A DNA stretch of 63,245 bases, counting the filler, from Asterionella formosa (lineage: Eukaryota), in NCBI GenBank assembly GCA_002256025.1. It is 19 parts of 19 records of this genome, joined end to end, with 100 filler letters (N's around TTAATTAATTAA, not from the genome) between each part and the next. Parts side by side here need not be neighbours in the genome. Positions count along the whole stretch, not along the records: positions 26,736 to 29,973 come from NKIB01014331.1; positions 30,074 to 33,309 come from NKIB01014333.1; positions 33,410 to 36,643 come from NKIB01014334.1; positions 36,744 to 39,977 come from NKIB01014335.1; 15 more parts are not named here. One strand, written 5' to 3'. The translations under genes were made by a program, and so were the position numbers. The notes under the pieces are model-generated. The model searched no databases. It saw nothing but the letters and a program-made list of their open reading frames with translations, and was not told the origin of the DNA. Positions 26,636 through 39,794 of this stretch are shown in pieces. How positions within the stretch are numbered: position 1 is the stretch's first letter; each line of letters opens with the position of its first letter.

Positions 26636-27989
26636 NNNNNNNNNNNNNNNNNNNNNNNNNNNNNNNNNNNNNNNNNNNNTTAATTAATTAANNNNNNNNN
26701 NNNNNNNNNNNNNNNNNNNNNNNNNNNNNNNNNNNATCATACTTTGGTGATGTATGCATCGATGTAACCTTATCATGATATCACAGTATCATCTTATCAA
26801 TCATGATGAGATGATTGGGAAGCAACTGTATTCTGCATTGTGCTACAGGGTATATTATTATATCACGCAATTTAGTAGCGAAGTCACTCCGCCTGTAATG
26901 TACTAAAGTCGACAGTGCACATACCGGTACTCACACGCTAATCAGGTTTGAGGCAACGGACAGTGGTTCCAATGAGCGAATGATGATACCACGGGTACCA
27001 ATTTTTCCAACGAAAGAACTTGTCTCTCTATTGATGAGGATGACACGGACACGGACACCGACTTTTTCAGGAGCAAACAACAATGAAGAGACCCACTTGT
27101 CGCTCTATCCATTGAAAACAAGTCGACAGTGTGTGCACGCACACGCCAAGCAAGTTTGAGGCAACGGACCATTCCAACAAGCAAATGACGATACAGATAT
27201 CAAATTCTTCCTACGAGCAAACAACAATGAAAAGAGCCACTTGCTTTCGCTCTCTTGATGGTATCAAAGATGCGGACAAGTTCAATAGTTAATTCAAGTA
27301 CAGTATGCCAAATGCAGAAACGAGCGAGCGATATGAAAATGAAATACATTCTAATCAGAATCATTCTATAACTATAGCTATGTGGACAGAAGTCTGTTAA
27401 GCACATTTTCGTATCTCTTTCTATGCTGAATCTCAATAGTAGATGTAGTATCATGTGAGAATTGAAAATGAGAACGAGAACAAGTAGAATGTGTTTGTTT
27501 ACGGGTTGATTGGCGAGATTGTCATGCTGAAGTGGACGAAACGGATATACGTTGTGCGCTGTTTGCGGAAACATAACGAGTTCGAATGGTTTCTTCTCTC
27601 CTGTAAAATCTTAATTGAATGATTATGAACAAAGGTTCACTGCACATGACGATTACTCGAAGATATAAAGATCACTTGACCAACAAATTGAAGACGTTAT
27701 CGCAAACATTCATTCCGCTTGTCATCGCTAGTATTTCGTTGTTGTTGCAAAAATCGGAGTGATGAGGGGCGGATGGAAATGACGAGCCAAATTACATTAC
27801 TTGAACTGGTACATTATCCTACCAAGAAATTCGAATACAGGAATCAAATAGAAACAATACATATAATAATTAAATATATGTAGTCAAAAGGGTTACTATT
27901 TAAATTACAAAGGCATTTATCACAATTATTAGATGATATAACGAAAAATTATGATCAGATGATCACAATCCTATGATGCATCATGGAAA

Positions 27990-28865
27990 TATGATGGTTT
28001 TTATTTGCAGACGTCACTTTCCACCTGCACCACCACTGTCAAAGGGAAGGGCCTGGCCAATTCTTGTCTCATACAAGTTGCAACATACCTTTCAAGAAGC
28101 TCCTATCGTTTGTTTGGAATGGCTACATCACCGTCATGTTTATACCAAAACACAAGGGTTCTCAACTCGGAAATGTTAAAGGCTTCTTTTCCTTTGGGCT
28201 TGCTCTCACAGTCTCCACGCGATGCAGAAGGGCATAATATCGTTTCTGGTCAGCTAACTCCTTGGCAGTTTGGACATTTGTTGTAATCTGTTTTGATTCA
28301 ATTGCCTTGTCAAGCATTTCAGGACCCAATCTGCGCGTGCCGCTTGTAAAAAGCATCCCTGAGGAAAGTGTCTTGTGATTGTCGATGGCTGTTTGTGCTG
28401 TTGCCTTTCGCTTTCGTATCTGCTCTGTCGCATTAACTCCATTCCTTGCACTCTCGCGATTTCGATGTTCAACAATTGAATATGTCAGCATTCCAGAAAG
28501 TTTGGTAGAAAGGTTCAAATCATGAGGGTGCATATTTGTGTTGCTAATTGGATGTTTTTCCCCACAAGATGTCAGCTGTATTTCTGACTCCAGCAAGCAA
28601 TTGTAGTTGAGTGGTCCCCAGCCTCGTTCAGATATTGCGTGTCGATTTTATCCAATTTTGGCAAAGGAGAATTGCCAAGCCGAATTTACAATGCTGATGA
28701 TATCTGATTTTTGTTGACATTGAAATTGAGGCTGCTTTGATTGCGCCCTTTGGCATTCCACCCCCAACAGCAGAACTAGAAGCTTCAGTAGTTACAACTG
28801 CTGTCCTTGTCGCTCCAGATTTGTAAACTATCAGAAATTCGTTACAAAACGTGTTATTCTACGTA
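27990..28865 (-). mobile_element. Second copy of the deleted mariner/pogo-like derivative seen at 15420-16350
   Basis: DIISIVNSAWQFSFAKIG*NRHAISERGWGPLNYNCLLESEIQLT..VEHRNRESARNGVNATEQIRKRKATAQ, nearly identical to the ORF at 15721. Confidence 0.65.
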
Positions 28866-28873
28866 TGCTAAAT

Positions 28874-29425
28874 AACGATGCAGGTCTACATTGGGTTGAG
28901 CTTTTTTTCTTCTTCTTTCGGTCTTCGATTGTATGGTGATGGAAAGTCAATGTTGCCTGTGTAAGTACTACAATGATTCACAATGCATACATCTCCATTG
29001 GAACTGTTATTTTTTTATTTCATTTCTAACCCACTTTTTTTTCTATTTCTCATTTGATGCTACTTATTACATCGCATTTCATACTTTGGTTGCTCCAAAC
29101 ATCATGTTCAATTTTCATTGATGTTGCATGTTGCAATCATTCTCGTGTGTTTTACGCTTGTTGTACCATCTCTATGCATATTACCATTATTCTGGTTGTC
29201 ATGCTAAAATCGGCAATTTTATTGCTGAATAATTTGATGTGCCCCGTATTGCCCTTAATTCAAAATTACTTAGAGCCTAAAATTTACTTAGAAGTACCCG
29301 AATGGCAAGACAATAGCTGGAGCGGGAATTGCCCTTAAATAAAAATTACTTAGGAAATTACTTAGAGCCTAAAAATTACTTAGAAGTACTACCCGAATGG
29401 CAAGACGATAGCTCGAGCGGGATTT
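28874..29425. repeat. Interspersed repeat, also at 57083-57562; ends in AAATTACTTAG-containing duplications
   Basis: Near-identical ~480 bp in two contigs. Confidence 0.9.
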
Positions 29426-30073
29426 GCTGTTATACCAGTACTGCTATGAATAAAACCTGGCTGGTACCAGTACACAGTCTGGTAGCATCACTAAATTCCC
29501 GCTGGAAGTATCATCATGGCTCCTGCCTGGTACCACAGAACCATCGTCTGATGGCTGGTAATACGGTAGGTACTACCAGGTACCAGGTACAAAGCAAGCC
29601 TGGTGGTACTGCTAGTAGCTAAGCATCACTAAATTCCTGCTGGCAGCCGTTGTGCAAACCAGTAGTACCTGGTAGTAAAGTGCTGCTCCAGCAGTATGGT
29701 GCTGCCGTCATTGACAGGGCAGAAGCGATTTAGCGCTACTGTTGGTAATATACCGGCATTGCTCCTAGTAGCTAGTACTACTAGTACATTAATGACCAGT
29801 ATACTGACTCCAAGGAATTAAATTATATCTACATTGATCAATCTTGATATAACATAACCGTCTTCATTCTTTTCTGAAATGTAACTCTGCTAATGTGGCA
29901 CCATTGTCTACTTAGTTTAAATATTCAAACAGGTACTACTTGCGTCCTCAGCATGGGAATACACAGAAACAAANNNNNNNNNNNNNNNNNNNNNNNNNNN
30001 NNNNNNNNNNNNNNNNNTTAATTAATTAANNNNNNNNNNNNNNNNNNNNNNNNNNNNNNNNNNNNNNNNNNNN

Positions 30074-33000
30074 TCGGGGCAGTGGTCGTCGGCGACTTGG
30101 TTGGGGTATTTGTTGTTGGTGTCTTGGTCGGGGCAATGGTTGTTGGTGCCTTGGTCAGGGCGTTCGTTGTCGGTACCTTTGTGAGGGAAATGGTTGTCGG
30201 TGTATTTGCTGGTGGAATGGTTGGACGAATGGTTGGCGTTGTTATTGGCGATGAAAAGAAAACGGGATCAACACAGGCATTACCGACACCAGCGGGATCA
30301 TCAATGCAAGTACAATTCACAGACCAATAGCCCTTCGTCGCAGGCGCGAAAGTAACTATCCCATTCTTCGTGGGCTCTTGAGGAGATTGGACATACCCCG
30401 ATGGAAGACTCGACGAGACTGACACCTTGTATTGGTACTCATAGATCGGAATAGGATACATGAATGTATTAGTTGCTTTGTAACGCCCACCTGCGTAGTC
30501 AGTGGGTGGAGTGGGAATCAATAAAATATAGATAGTCACAGGTCCAGTGGAGCCAGTCCCGATTACGACGGTTGCTGGTGTCTTGCCCTTGACCTTCCAG
30601 TATCGACGTTCACCGGTAGAAGGAGTGTGAACAACGACCATGCTATTGTAAAATCGAAGATCATTGTCACACCCTTTTTGCTGGACAGGGAGAGCCGGAG
30701 GGTTTGTATTAATCTGAAATCCCATACCATCACTCCAAGCAACGTCAATCATAACAAACCGGTTTGCAGCGACGCCATTCATAGTCAAGCAGTTCCAACC
30801 AAATGGGCCAGGTCGCAGTGCCATTGGACCACGTACCCAATTGGCGAGAGTTCCAGACGTAGGACTCAAGTAGACTGTCGTCTTACGATTTTCCAGAGTA
30901 GTGTTTGAGGGGAGAGGTGGATTAGTGTTCTTGAGAGTGTTGTCAAAATCTGATGCCTCGGCTATAATAAAGACATCACCCATCAGAAAATCCCAAGTGC
31001 GATAATGAGCAACAAAGATGCTCCACACATCGCCCAAATCCATGCCTTCGCCTTCCACGTACATTCGAACCATAGACAACACTCCATTATAATATCCTGC
31101 AGTGTACTTTTCGTTGCTGTACATTTGTCCTGCTAGATGCGGCATGCCTGCATGCTCTGCTAGAAACCACCAAAGGATCCAAGAGTTGTACAAGTGACCA
31201 ACACTGATTGCACCACTAAAGCTCAGTTCCGGGGTGAGAAAGTGGGCATTCGCAGTGGCCGAAGAAGGTGGATTTTCAAATCCCAAAGGGTAGGAAATGG
31301 CGAGTGGTAATGAAGCGTAGATGACGTTTGTACCTGGAAAGGTTAAGGAAGGACCAGAGCTAGCACCTGATTCTGACAGGAACCAACTCATTGATGATGA
31401 GTACGTTAAATATAGAGTTTGTTGAAACTCGTGGAACATCTCATGAGCAATATATTGATAGCCAGGACCACCGTGCTTGTAAAACATGTCTCGGAGGTCA
31501 AACACTTCATCCGAAGACTTTGCCACCCACTTGGGTACATAGTCGGTGTTGTACAGGGGGAAATCCCAGAGATTGTTGTTTTGGTTTAAGTACCGACAAG
31601 GATTGTTCCAAACTGAGGCAGCAAATTTTGGAACTTGACTGGTATTCTTGAAATAACGATAGGGCTCCATTGGAAAAGATATCATATCGCTTTCAAAGTA
31701 GTACTTTTCCCAAAGGTACGTTTGTAGCTTCTTGTGTTGAAAGAAGTATTCTACATCTAGGACCGGATGGAAACTCTTGTGCTCATAGTCTGGCGTACCT
31801 TCTGGGATATCGTAGAAGATTCCAGCTACAAAGGGATTCTCCTTTGGAGCCACCCACAAAGTCGCAAACGGTCCAGATCCATAGGTCTGACCTCCAGTTG
31901 TTGGCTCAGTGACATAAAGGCGAATTCTTGAATCGCATCCATTCCTATCATAGTAGAGGTCGAGGTCACGAGAGACTTTCATCGCAGCTGGATCATTCGG
32001 ATTGGTGCATTTGGCTCCCACTCGGCGAATTTGACTTGCACTTAGGGTACCTGAGTAGACTCGTACATCAAATAATTCACCCGGAAAATTACCCAGCGTA
32101 AGATCATGTGTATTAGTAGGCGAAGGCGATTCTACCCCCACAACTCGAGTTATGGCGTTCCCAGCCACAAATAGTGTTGTTGGTGTAATAACGACAGAAG
32201 TACAGGTCCAAATCTTCAATGGTCGAGGCAAAATGTAACGCTTTTGGTTGATGGAAATAACTTGATAAGAACCAGATGTATCAATAGTGACATTCATTCC
32301 TAAACCACTCATAATTGTGCCCACAAGAGGCATATCCATGTACAGGTAATGAAGCTTGAATGCGATCGTATAACCCGAGCTGATTCCATTGTACAGGGGT
32401 GACGTCACTTCAAAGTAGTATGTCAATTGGCGCGATGTAAAGTCAACTTTGGATATGAAAAAATTCTCATCATGGGGATGTTTCGTGTTTGCGTTGTTGG
32501 ACGGTGTCCAGTAGTATTCCGCGTAGGTCAATAGATTGGCGAACTTGGATATATCACGCGCAGTAACGGAAATAGGGACATGAAAGACAATACCGTTGGC
32601 ATAGTCCCCGCTACCTCCATGAAAGTCTTCTGTATTACAGACGCAATTCCCAATTTTCAAACACTTGGAAATCGGATCGATACGGCACTTGCCTTTTGAT
32701 CGAGAAGATGGAAGAAAAATCCATTGGCAATCTTCTCGAAACTCATTGGTGCAATCGCGATAATTCAATTTATTGGTGCAAAAGTCATTTGTTAACGGAA
32801 ACACATTCTTGGCATTTTTAATCACCGGTCTAGAGCTAAAGGGCGATGCCAGAACACTAAAGTCGTCGCCTGCCGCATTGCACGACGTTGGCGCATATGT
32901 TGGTTGTGGATAAAGGGAGGGTGGTGCAACAGTCGGGGCCGGAGTCAGAGGTCTAGTTGCGGTGAAGACAACAGAGTCCTGGCGACTGCCCAATACGTCG

Positions 33001-33309
33001 CTGACAAATTGGTCATTGTACACCAAGAGATCGTCGATGTTTGTTGGCTTGTTCCCGAAAAACACAGCGAAGTATCCGTTACGAAGGCCGTCTCCATAGC
33101 TGTCGAACATATTGAATCGGTACGTGGCTCCGAGAGTGACAGGAATGATTTGAGTTACATTCTTGAGACCGTCGCTGTATCCAGATCCGCTTGCAATGAT
33201 GACACTGTTGGCTTCGTCGGCGATGTTCCAAGAGTTATCCGAGGCGAAGTTGTCGAAGCGGATCTGGACAGTAACTGATACCGCATCGCTTCCAGAAGCA
33301 AGGGATGAT
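30074..33309 (-). CDS. Large extracellular-type protein (partial at both ends): Cys-rich region, LamG/concanavalin-like segment, zincin HExxH domain, Thr/Pro stalk
   Basis: Uninterrupted ORF of more than 1000 aa; FPGELFDVRVYSGTLSASQIR (LamG-like end); YIAHEMFHEFQ..WFLSESGA; PT(K)APTT repeats. Confidence 0.8.
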
Positions 33310-33409
33310 NNNNNNNNNNNNNNNNNNNNNNNNNNNNNNNNNNNNNNNNNNNNTTAATTAATTAANNNNNNNNNNNNNNNNNNNNNNNNNNNNNNNNNNN
33401 NNNNNNNNN

Positions 33410-35113
33410 GGAGATTTTCATCCATCGGATTATCAAGTGCGGCTCTCGATGTCACGTCCAATGATAAGGTGCAATCAATAGCCGTCAGAGGCCATGTCTT
33501 CAGTTCGCCTTCCCCATTATGTTGAGTTTCGTCTGACATATTTGCTCCTGTTGAAATCGTTGGCAGTTGTTCATCAAGATTTCCACTGGTTCCTGAAATC
33601 TTTGGGCGACGATTTTTCAATTTTTTTTACAACTGGCATCTGTTCATTGCCACCTTGAGAATGAGCGTGACTAGCTACTTTTGCCAAGTTCTGATAGGCT
33701 TCGTTCAACATCGATGGTAGAAGATATCTGTGTTGATTTTTTCAGCCTTCGTTGACCGTGATCGAACCGTTGTTGGGAAAGTCCTCGGCTTCGAGCTGGA
33801 GTGTCCCCCATCGTCCAATTGCAATTCGGAGCCTCTTTGTCTTCTTCAATGGCATCAGCGCTTGCCACACGATGCTGACCTGGCTGTAGAAAGGCCGTAA
33901 AGTAATCCAACTCTTCTCCACAGGGAAGCTTTGTCAGTGGGCATGTGTTACCCACATTGTCTGCCATGGGGGCCAAAGTACTGTGAGTCCACAACAACGC
34001 CATAAACTGACACGGAGTCATGCCTCGATCAATGAACCAATCATTGGATTCCTTCGTTGTTAAGGCTAAGCCAGGCAGCAGCTCGGTGGGACCACAAAGC
34101 GCCTTTCGCTTCCCTTCCTTCCACTTATAACGACATGCATCTTTGCGACCAAATAACATGGAAGGTGCTTCAAAATTGATGGAGTTGTTAGAGCTGGATT
34201 TTTCTTGGCGAAGGTATTTTGTGGCAGCAAGACATCCGTTGTGAAGCAAGTCTGCATTGGACAAATTGTACTTTCCAACCATGTTGGTCGGATTTCCAGC
34301 TGTGTTGACTATACCCTGAATGTCCTTACTCTGAAGGGAAAAGAGTACTCGTGAGGCCGTTCCTTCAAGGTTCTGGTTGGGATGGAATCGCTTTACACTG
34401 CACACTAGATTGGATGCATCAGCGCCAGACGTTTCTAGGAATTGCATGGGACCCGTCCACCTCGTTTGGTTGTGACTATCGATTCGAATGAAATTTTCTA
34501 TGTACTCTTGGAAATGTGGCTGTATTGGATCAATTGCATTGTCGTGAAAACACATTCGTAGAAACATTCCGGGCAAGCGGTTAATGGAAAGACCACCCTC
34601 GGAGTATCCTTGCAATGGCGGACCCATGGTGTTTTGAATTCCCCAATCAAAGATGTGCTGATAATCCTTATACAGTTCATTCTGGTCAATGACCGAAAAG
34701 TTTGTCCTGTATGGTTCGTTGAAGCAAATTGCATGCTTCTCTAGGGGGTCAAACTCCTGCTGAATGTAGTCGTCAGGATCTTCATCATCCAAACGTCGTC
34801 TCTTTTGCTGAGGCGTTTCAGCACTTGATGCTGTATTCAATCGGGCTCCTGTGTTGGCCTGAAGGTAGGTGCTTTGGTCCGGATACCAAGTGTTGGCATC
34901 GTTGAATGCTGGGTCTTCAATGTTGACCGTTTTGCGATCAACTAGCTGACGCAAGAGGTCAACATCGGCACCGACCTTAGCTGCATTGGTGTGGGGACGC
35001 TGGTCAATTACATTAGGATCTTCGATGACCAGCTTCATTAACCTGCTGGGGCGCTGTCCATACAAGTTCCTGATAGACAGAAAGACGACAAGTAGAAAGG
35101 CCGATTTTCTCAT
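33410..35113 (-). CDS. Secreted heme peroxidase of the peroxidase-catalase superfamily; 3' part interrupted (intron or lesion) and truncated
   Basis: Signal peptide MRKSAFLLVVFLSI; distal FLRMCFHD; SGADAS; LSNADLL; GRKDA; proximal MALLWTHST; WPLTAIDCTL lies in a downstream ORF (33620-33410). Confidence 0.75.
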
Positions 35114-36213
35114 GATCAGGCTTTTTGCGTGACAGTACACCAATATTTTGTGAGCCAATATGTTAGTACACCAATATTTTGTGAGCGATAATATGAAGGA
35201 ATTGTGATGATTTGCTTTGTTTCAATTCTTTTTTGGTCTGCGTGAGGATGGCAACAGGTACCTGGTACCGCCATAACCGGTATACATATGTATGGTACAA
35301 CTCAGAAACCGTTTTGCAGCAAATGGCACGCGCCATGCTTATGCAAAGGATGTGACATTATATAAGTATTATATGTCCCTGTATATATATTAACATAGAC
35401 CACCAAAATAAGAACAGCCCAGTTGAAAAGGGTTGGTATCATCACTCGGAGTATACATCGTATTCTAGATAAAAATATTCCGGTAGCTTACAAGTCGTAC
35501 ACGGTTCTACTACTGTACCTGCAGCATTATGTACGAATGCGTCGTTTTTTTCTTTTATGTATTATTACCGTACGCACCTGGTCAACTGCTATACCGGTAA
35601 ATCGCCCCATGTAATTGAACCGGTATTTTACCATCCATCAGGAATGTATGTACAAGTTATTTACACACGTATATTTTCGTGATTTCTAAACAGCTGTATG
35701 TACCGGAATAGTATGCAACACAATTACCGCAACTTGCAGGCACCGTGGTACTCCCTCCGTCCAATACTGTAATTGTTATACCAAGCTACCAGGTACCTAA
35801 TCATACATAACGACTGGCACCCGACAGGGAGGCAATAGCTTGTTGGGGACTCGCTCACCAGTGGATACCTGATACGCCAAGAGGTACAGTACCAGGTACC
35901 TGGCACATTCAACGGCTCATTTATCATGAGGATACGCACTATGATCATGTGTGCGCGCGTGTAGAATGCACTTTTAAAAGAGAGTGCGTGTGCCTTACAT
36001 GACTCCAGATATGTGATTCACAGCCATGCTGGAGTACTTGTCGTTATGGCTGGATGCAAATTCAAGAAAACACAGGGTAGCCTTGTGTTCGGCTAGTATG
36101 TCAGAAATTAATTACCAGTATAACCCTAAATTTTAGATATTTTGCGTCTTATTTTGCTGTCAAAATGCCGATCACCATGGAGCTCAGCACATGCAGCTGC
36201 ATTTCTCTTGTTG

Positions 36214-36643
36214 TCATTGTGCTAGATCAGTGAGACTTGTCAAGAGTCCAATCTCTGTGGGAAGTGTGCCAGTGAAAGTATTGTCATACAAATATAGCTC
36301 ATAGAGACTTGTCAAGAGTCCAATCTCTGTGGGAAGTGTGCCAGTGAAAGAATTGTAATTGAAGTTTAGACCAGTGAGACTTGTCCAGAGTCCAATCTCT
36401 GTGGGAAGTGTGCCAGTGAAAGTATTGTCATACAAATATAGATCATTGAGACTTGTCAAGAGTCCAATCTCTGTGGGAAGTGTGCCAGTGAAAGTATTTT
36501 CATACAAATTTAGATTATTGAGACTTGTCAAGAAACCAATTTCTGTGGGAAGTGTGCCAGTGAAAGTATTGTCAGACAAAACTAGATCAGTGAGACTTGT
36601 CAAGAGTCCAATCTCTGTGGGAAGTGTGCCAGTGAAAGTATTG
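36214..36643 (-). CDS. Leucine-rich-repeat protein, 3' fragment (24-aa plant-specific-type LRRs; 72-bp tandem DNA units)
   Basis: About six copies of LTSLxxLxLxxNTFTGTLPTEIGL. Confidence 0.92.
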
Positions 36644-36960
36644 NNNNNNNNNNNNNNNNNNNNNNNNNNNNNNNNNNNNNNNNNNNNTTAATTAATTAAN
36701 NNNNNNNNNNNNNNNNNNNNNNNNNNNNNNNNNNNNNNNNNNNTCCTTGACTGGGACCTGTCAAGGTGTTGAAGGGCCCATGAGACTGACGGTGGGGGAG
36801 GGACTGCTGACCGAAGTAAGGGCAGAGAGCATAGAGGCCAATGGGCTGGCACTGGTGCTGGCAGTGTTATCTGAAGAGTCCACAGCAAGTCGAAGCGACG
36901 GCACCTGCTTGATGCCTGGTAGGGGTGGTGGCACAAAGGTCTTGAGCAAAACAGCAGTGA

Positions 36961-37281
36961 TTAGGTCATCAAAGTTTGGTAAAGTTGCCTGGTAGCTACA
37001 GGAATCTGCATATGCTCGACTGTTTCGTGGGCAGCGCGAATGGTGAAGTGGTGTTGAATCACCTGTGATTGTTCATGCTTGAAACAATTTGCAAGGTCAT
37101 AGTACAATGGGGGAAGGAGTGTCTTTTTGGTCACTTCACAAACCTTTAATAACAATGGCAGGAGGCCGCCAAATTTGTGTGATGGCAGTTTTGGGATGAG
37201 AGATGCAGAGTCCTTGGTGTCCCGACCTGAACGATTTGCAAGGGCGGCTGTCATTGCGGCATCGAATGTGTCTGGTTTCAT
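36961..37281 (-). pseudogene. Fragment of unknown coding sequence, possibly a retroelement ORF1/gag-like protein
   Basis: Protein-like text LLLKVCEVTKKTLLPPLYYDLAN..IPVAT among broken frames; assignment tentative. Confidence 0.3.
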
Positions 37282-37929
37282 AATGTTTGTTAGCAGTAAG
37301 GAAGACGGTTGATCCTGGTTGACAGGAAAATCCAGTTGTATCTTTTGAGTGGCATAGGTTGCTAAAGGGCCGGTCTTTGCCGTTGCAGATGTTCTTTATA
37401 GCTATGTATTATATAATTTCCCGCCTGCCGGAATATAAGGAGGGTTCAAAAATGCAGTACGATGTTCTCCTTGTCGTTCTTTTTTATCCGGCTCAAGTCT
37501 GGACTGGCAAAGAGGTATCTCGAAGGTGCAGTCCAGGCGCTCTGGTACCAGATGACCGTTAGCTAAAGAGTAGATGGTATCGGGGTATACTGTGTACTAT
37601 TGGCAATACACCAGTGTGCCCTACAGAGTATCTGGTGTCGAAATGAAATTGAGAAGTGCTGCAGCATGACGACGCAGCCAACGGATGGGTTTGCTTTATT
37701 TGAATGACCTTCTCTGGGGTGTTAACACAGTGTTATCCTTTCGTAGGTTCCTGAGCTTGCTTTCGAAGTCAGCACTGGCTGCTCGAACCAGCCTTCCTTA
37801 ATATTTCACATGAGATTGCTTTCGAAGTCAGCGGTTTTGGTGGAATTATGATATCTCTGTTCTGTTCAACTGCCAAGGAATTCTGTACGTGTGGGTGTGA
37901 GAACGGTGTTGCTGCGTCACTCACTTCCC

Positions 37930-39268
37930 AGGCCACAGTATGGGTACCTTCAGGATGTACCGGGCAAAGGCCACAATAATCATGGTACCTGGTACATTCG
38001 ACTGGCTTGTAGAGCTTGATGAAGAATAGTTGCCTGACAATCCCATGCGCGACAGGCTGCATTGACAATAGCACGCGCTCTTCCACGACCAATTGGAGTA
38101 AAATTATTGTTGAAGAATTGACAACAGACATGCTGGTTTTCTTGACACATTACACGATTGCCTTCAGCAATACAAAGACGATTTGTGTGATTGTTTGAAA
38201 ACAGTTCTTAGGACGAAGGTGCTTGTTTTGATTTTTAAATGACTGTTGACTCTCAAAGTGAGCAAGAACCGAGAGACTTGAGTGGTCTGAAGTTTTAGCA
38301 TGCTTCAATTCAGACTCTTGTTGCCACTCATTGGGCATAGATCGGATGATGATAATCCGCATATCTTCTTTTGACAATCCGTGTTGATCTTCTGGATGAA
38401 GCATTAGTCGAAGTAGCCTGTTTGATGTTTTAATACGAGCTCCGAACTCCATTACCGGTTTAGATAGTAAGTAGCGTAGCATCCATTGTCATTGTCATTG
38501 TCATTGACATTGAAAACTCTCGTTTGGTAAATGATCATCTTACCATAAAACCATCACTTCATCGAAACTATTGTAGGATTGATCTTCTGGGTGTACTTCA
38601 ACATTCAACCAATCTGATAAGGCAATGTTGGTCAATCACGATTCACTCCAATCAACAATTCTTCCACAGAGCTTCCATTGATCATATCTTGATCAAACGG
38701 ATCAAACCTTCCACCGGTTAAAGCAACTCTGAATGTTTTAGTCTTGATAGTCATTACAATGTGATCTTTGATCAAAGGAATAACAGGAACCCTTGAATTC
38801 ATTACCATGTTTTTTTAATAATTGGACTCTTTTTGAATTCAAAGTGTATGGTCCCCTCAAGCAAATATAGAGTAGTTTTAAAGTGCGTAAGAAATTCAGT
38901 TGATTTGCAATATCGAATAAATCTATATGATCATATGCATAATCAAACAAGCAATACTAACACAAGGCTTCTTCTACCAATTCTGCAAAAGGGTTACTGA
39001 TACATTGTGCTACATATAGCTACTTGAGCTTATCAAGCCCTACTAGAAGGGCTTGACTACATAGGGAGGACAACAAGAGCGAGTTGTCCTCCCTTTTATC
39101 TACTACCCCAAAAAGTATTCAATGCCCAACACATATGGACCACTATTATGTCATCAGTAATTAGAAATCTTAAGGGACTGATCCATTGAATGCAATGTTA
39201 CTCACTCGTAGTGAATAAAGAGTTGCATTACTGAGTCCAGGCCATATTATTTCTGGTACTGTATGACA
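37930..39268 (-). mobile_element. Gypsy LTR retrotransposon 5' remnant: gag fragments plus putative LTR (about 39008-39268)
   Basis: YHDYCGLCPVHPEGTH and MLRYLLSKP..RSMPNEWQ; 38480-38850 is homologous to 41455-41900; the LTR-like block ends ...TGACA and recurs at 39795-39977. Confidence 0.75.
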
Positions 39269-39395
39269 AGAGTCCAATCTCTTTGGGAAGTGTGCCGTTG
39301 AGAGTATTGGAGGACAAATATAGATCAGTGAGACTTGTCAAGAGTCCAATCTTTGTGGAAAGTTTTGCCAGTGATTGGATTGTTAGACAAATCTA
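39269..39395 (-). pseudogene. LRR gene remnant of the same family as 36214-36643; a further trace at about 39758-39794
   Basis: AGAGTCCAATCTCTTTGGGAAGTGTGCC..GATCAGTGAGACTTGTCAAGAGTCCAATCT matches the 72-bp LRR unit. Confidence 0.85.
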
Positions 39396-39794
39396 AGAAA
39401 TGATAGAGACAAATCATACCACTTTCCGCTTCATAGAGCCGGAGCACAAAGACATCCAAGTAGCACAACACACACAATCAGGGCAGGTCCCATGGTCACA
39501 CACAGATAAAACACAACTGAGCAACCCAGAAAACACACCACAAAAGATTACAAAGCAATTCACAACAAAACTCAGAAAAGCGCAAGACAAAGAGCCAAAG
39601 GGTACAATCAAAGATACAGGCAACAACAAGAAATCCAGACATAGAGTCTCAAATCACATGGGGAGACAAACCCATAGCCATAGAGGACAGAACCCTCAGA
39701 CTCTAGTTCCAAAATATCAAGGGTCTACACCTCCAAAGGAAAAAAGTATTGTACAACAAATATAGATCAGTAAACATTGTCAAGAGTCCAATCT

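Noticed and set aside
29054..29338. ORF conserved with 57269-57565 as a possible gene family
   Set aside because: Similarity reflects a recent non-coding repeat; TTG start and no protein-like features.
36214..36643. Repeat-spacer-like periodicity resembling a CRISPR array
   Set aside because: The 72-bp units are in-frame LRR codons; there are no cas genes and the context is eukaryotic.
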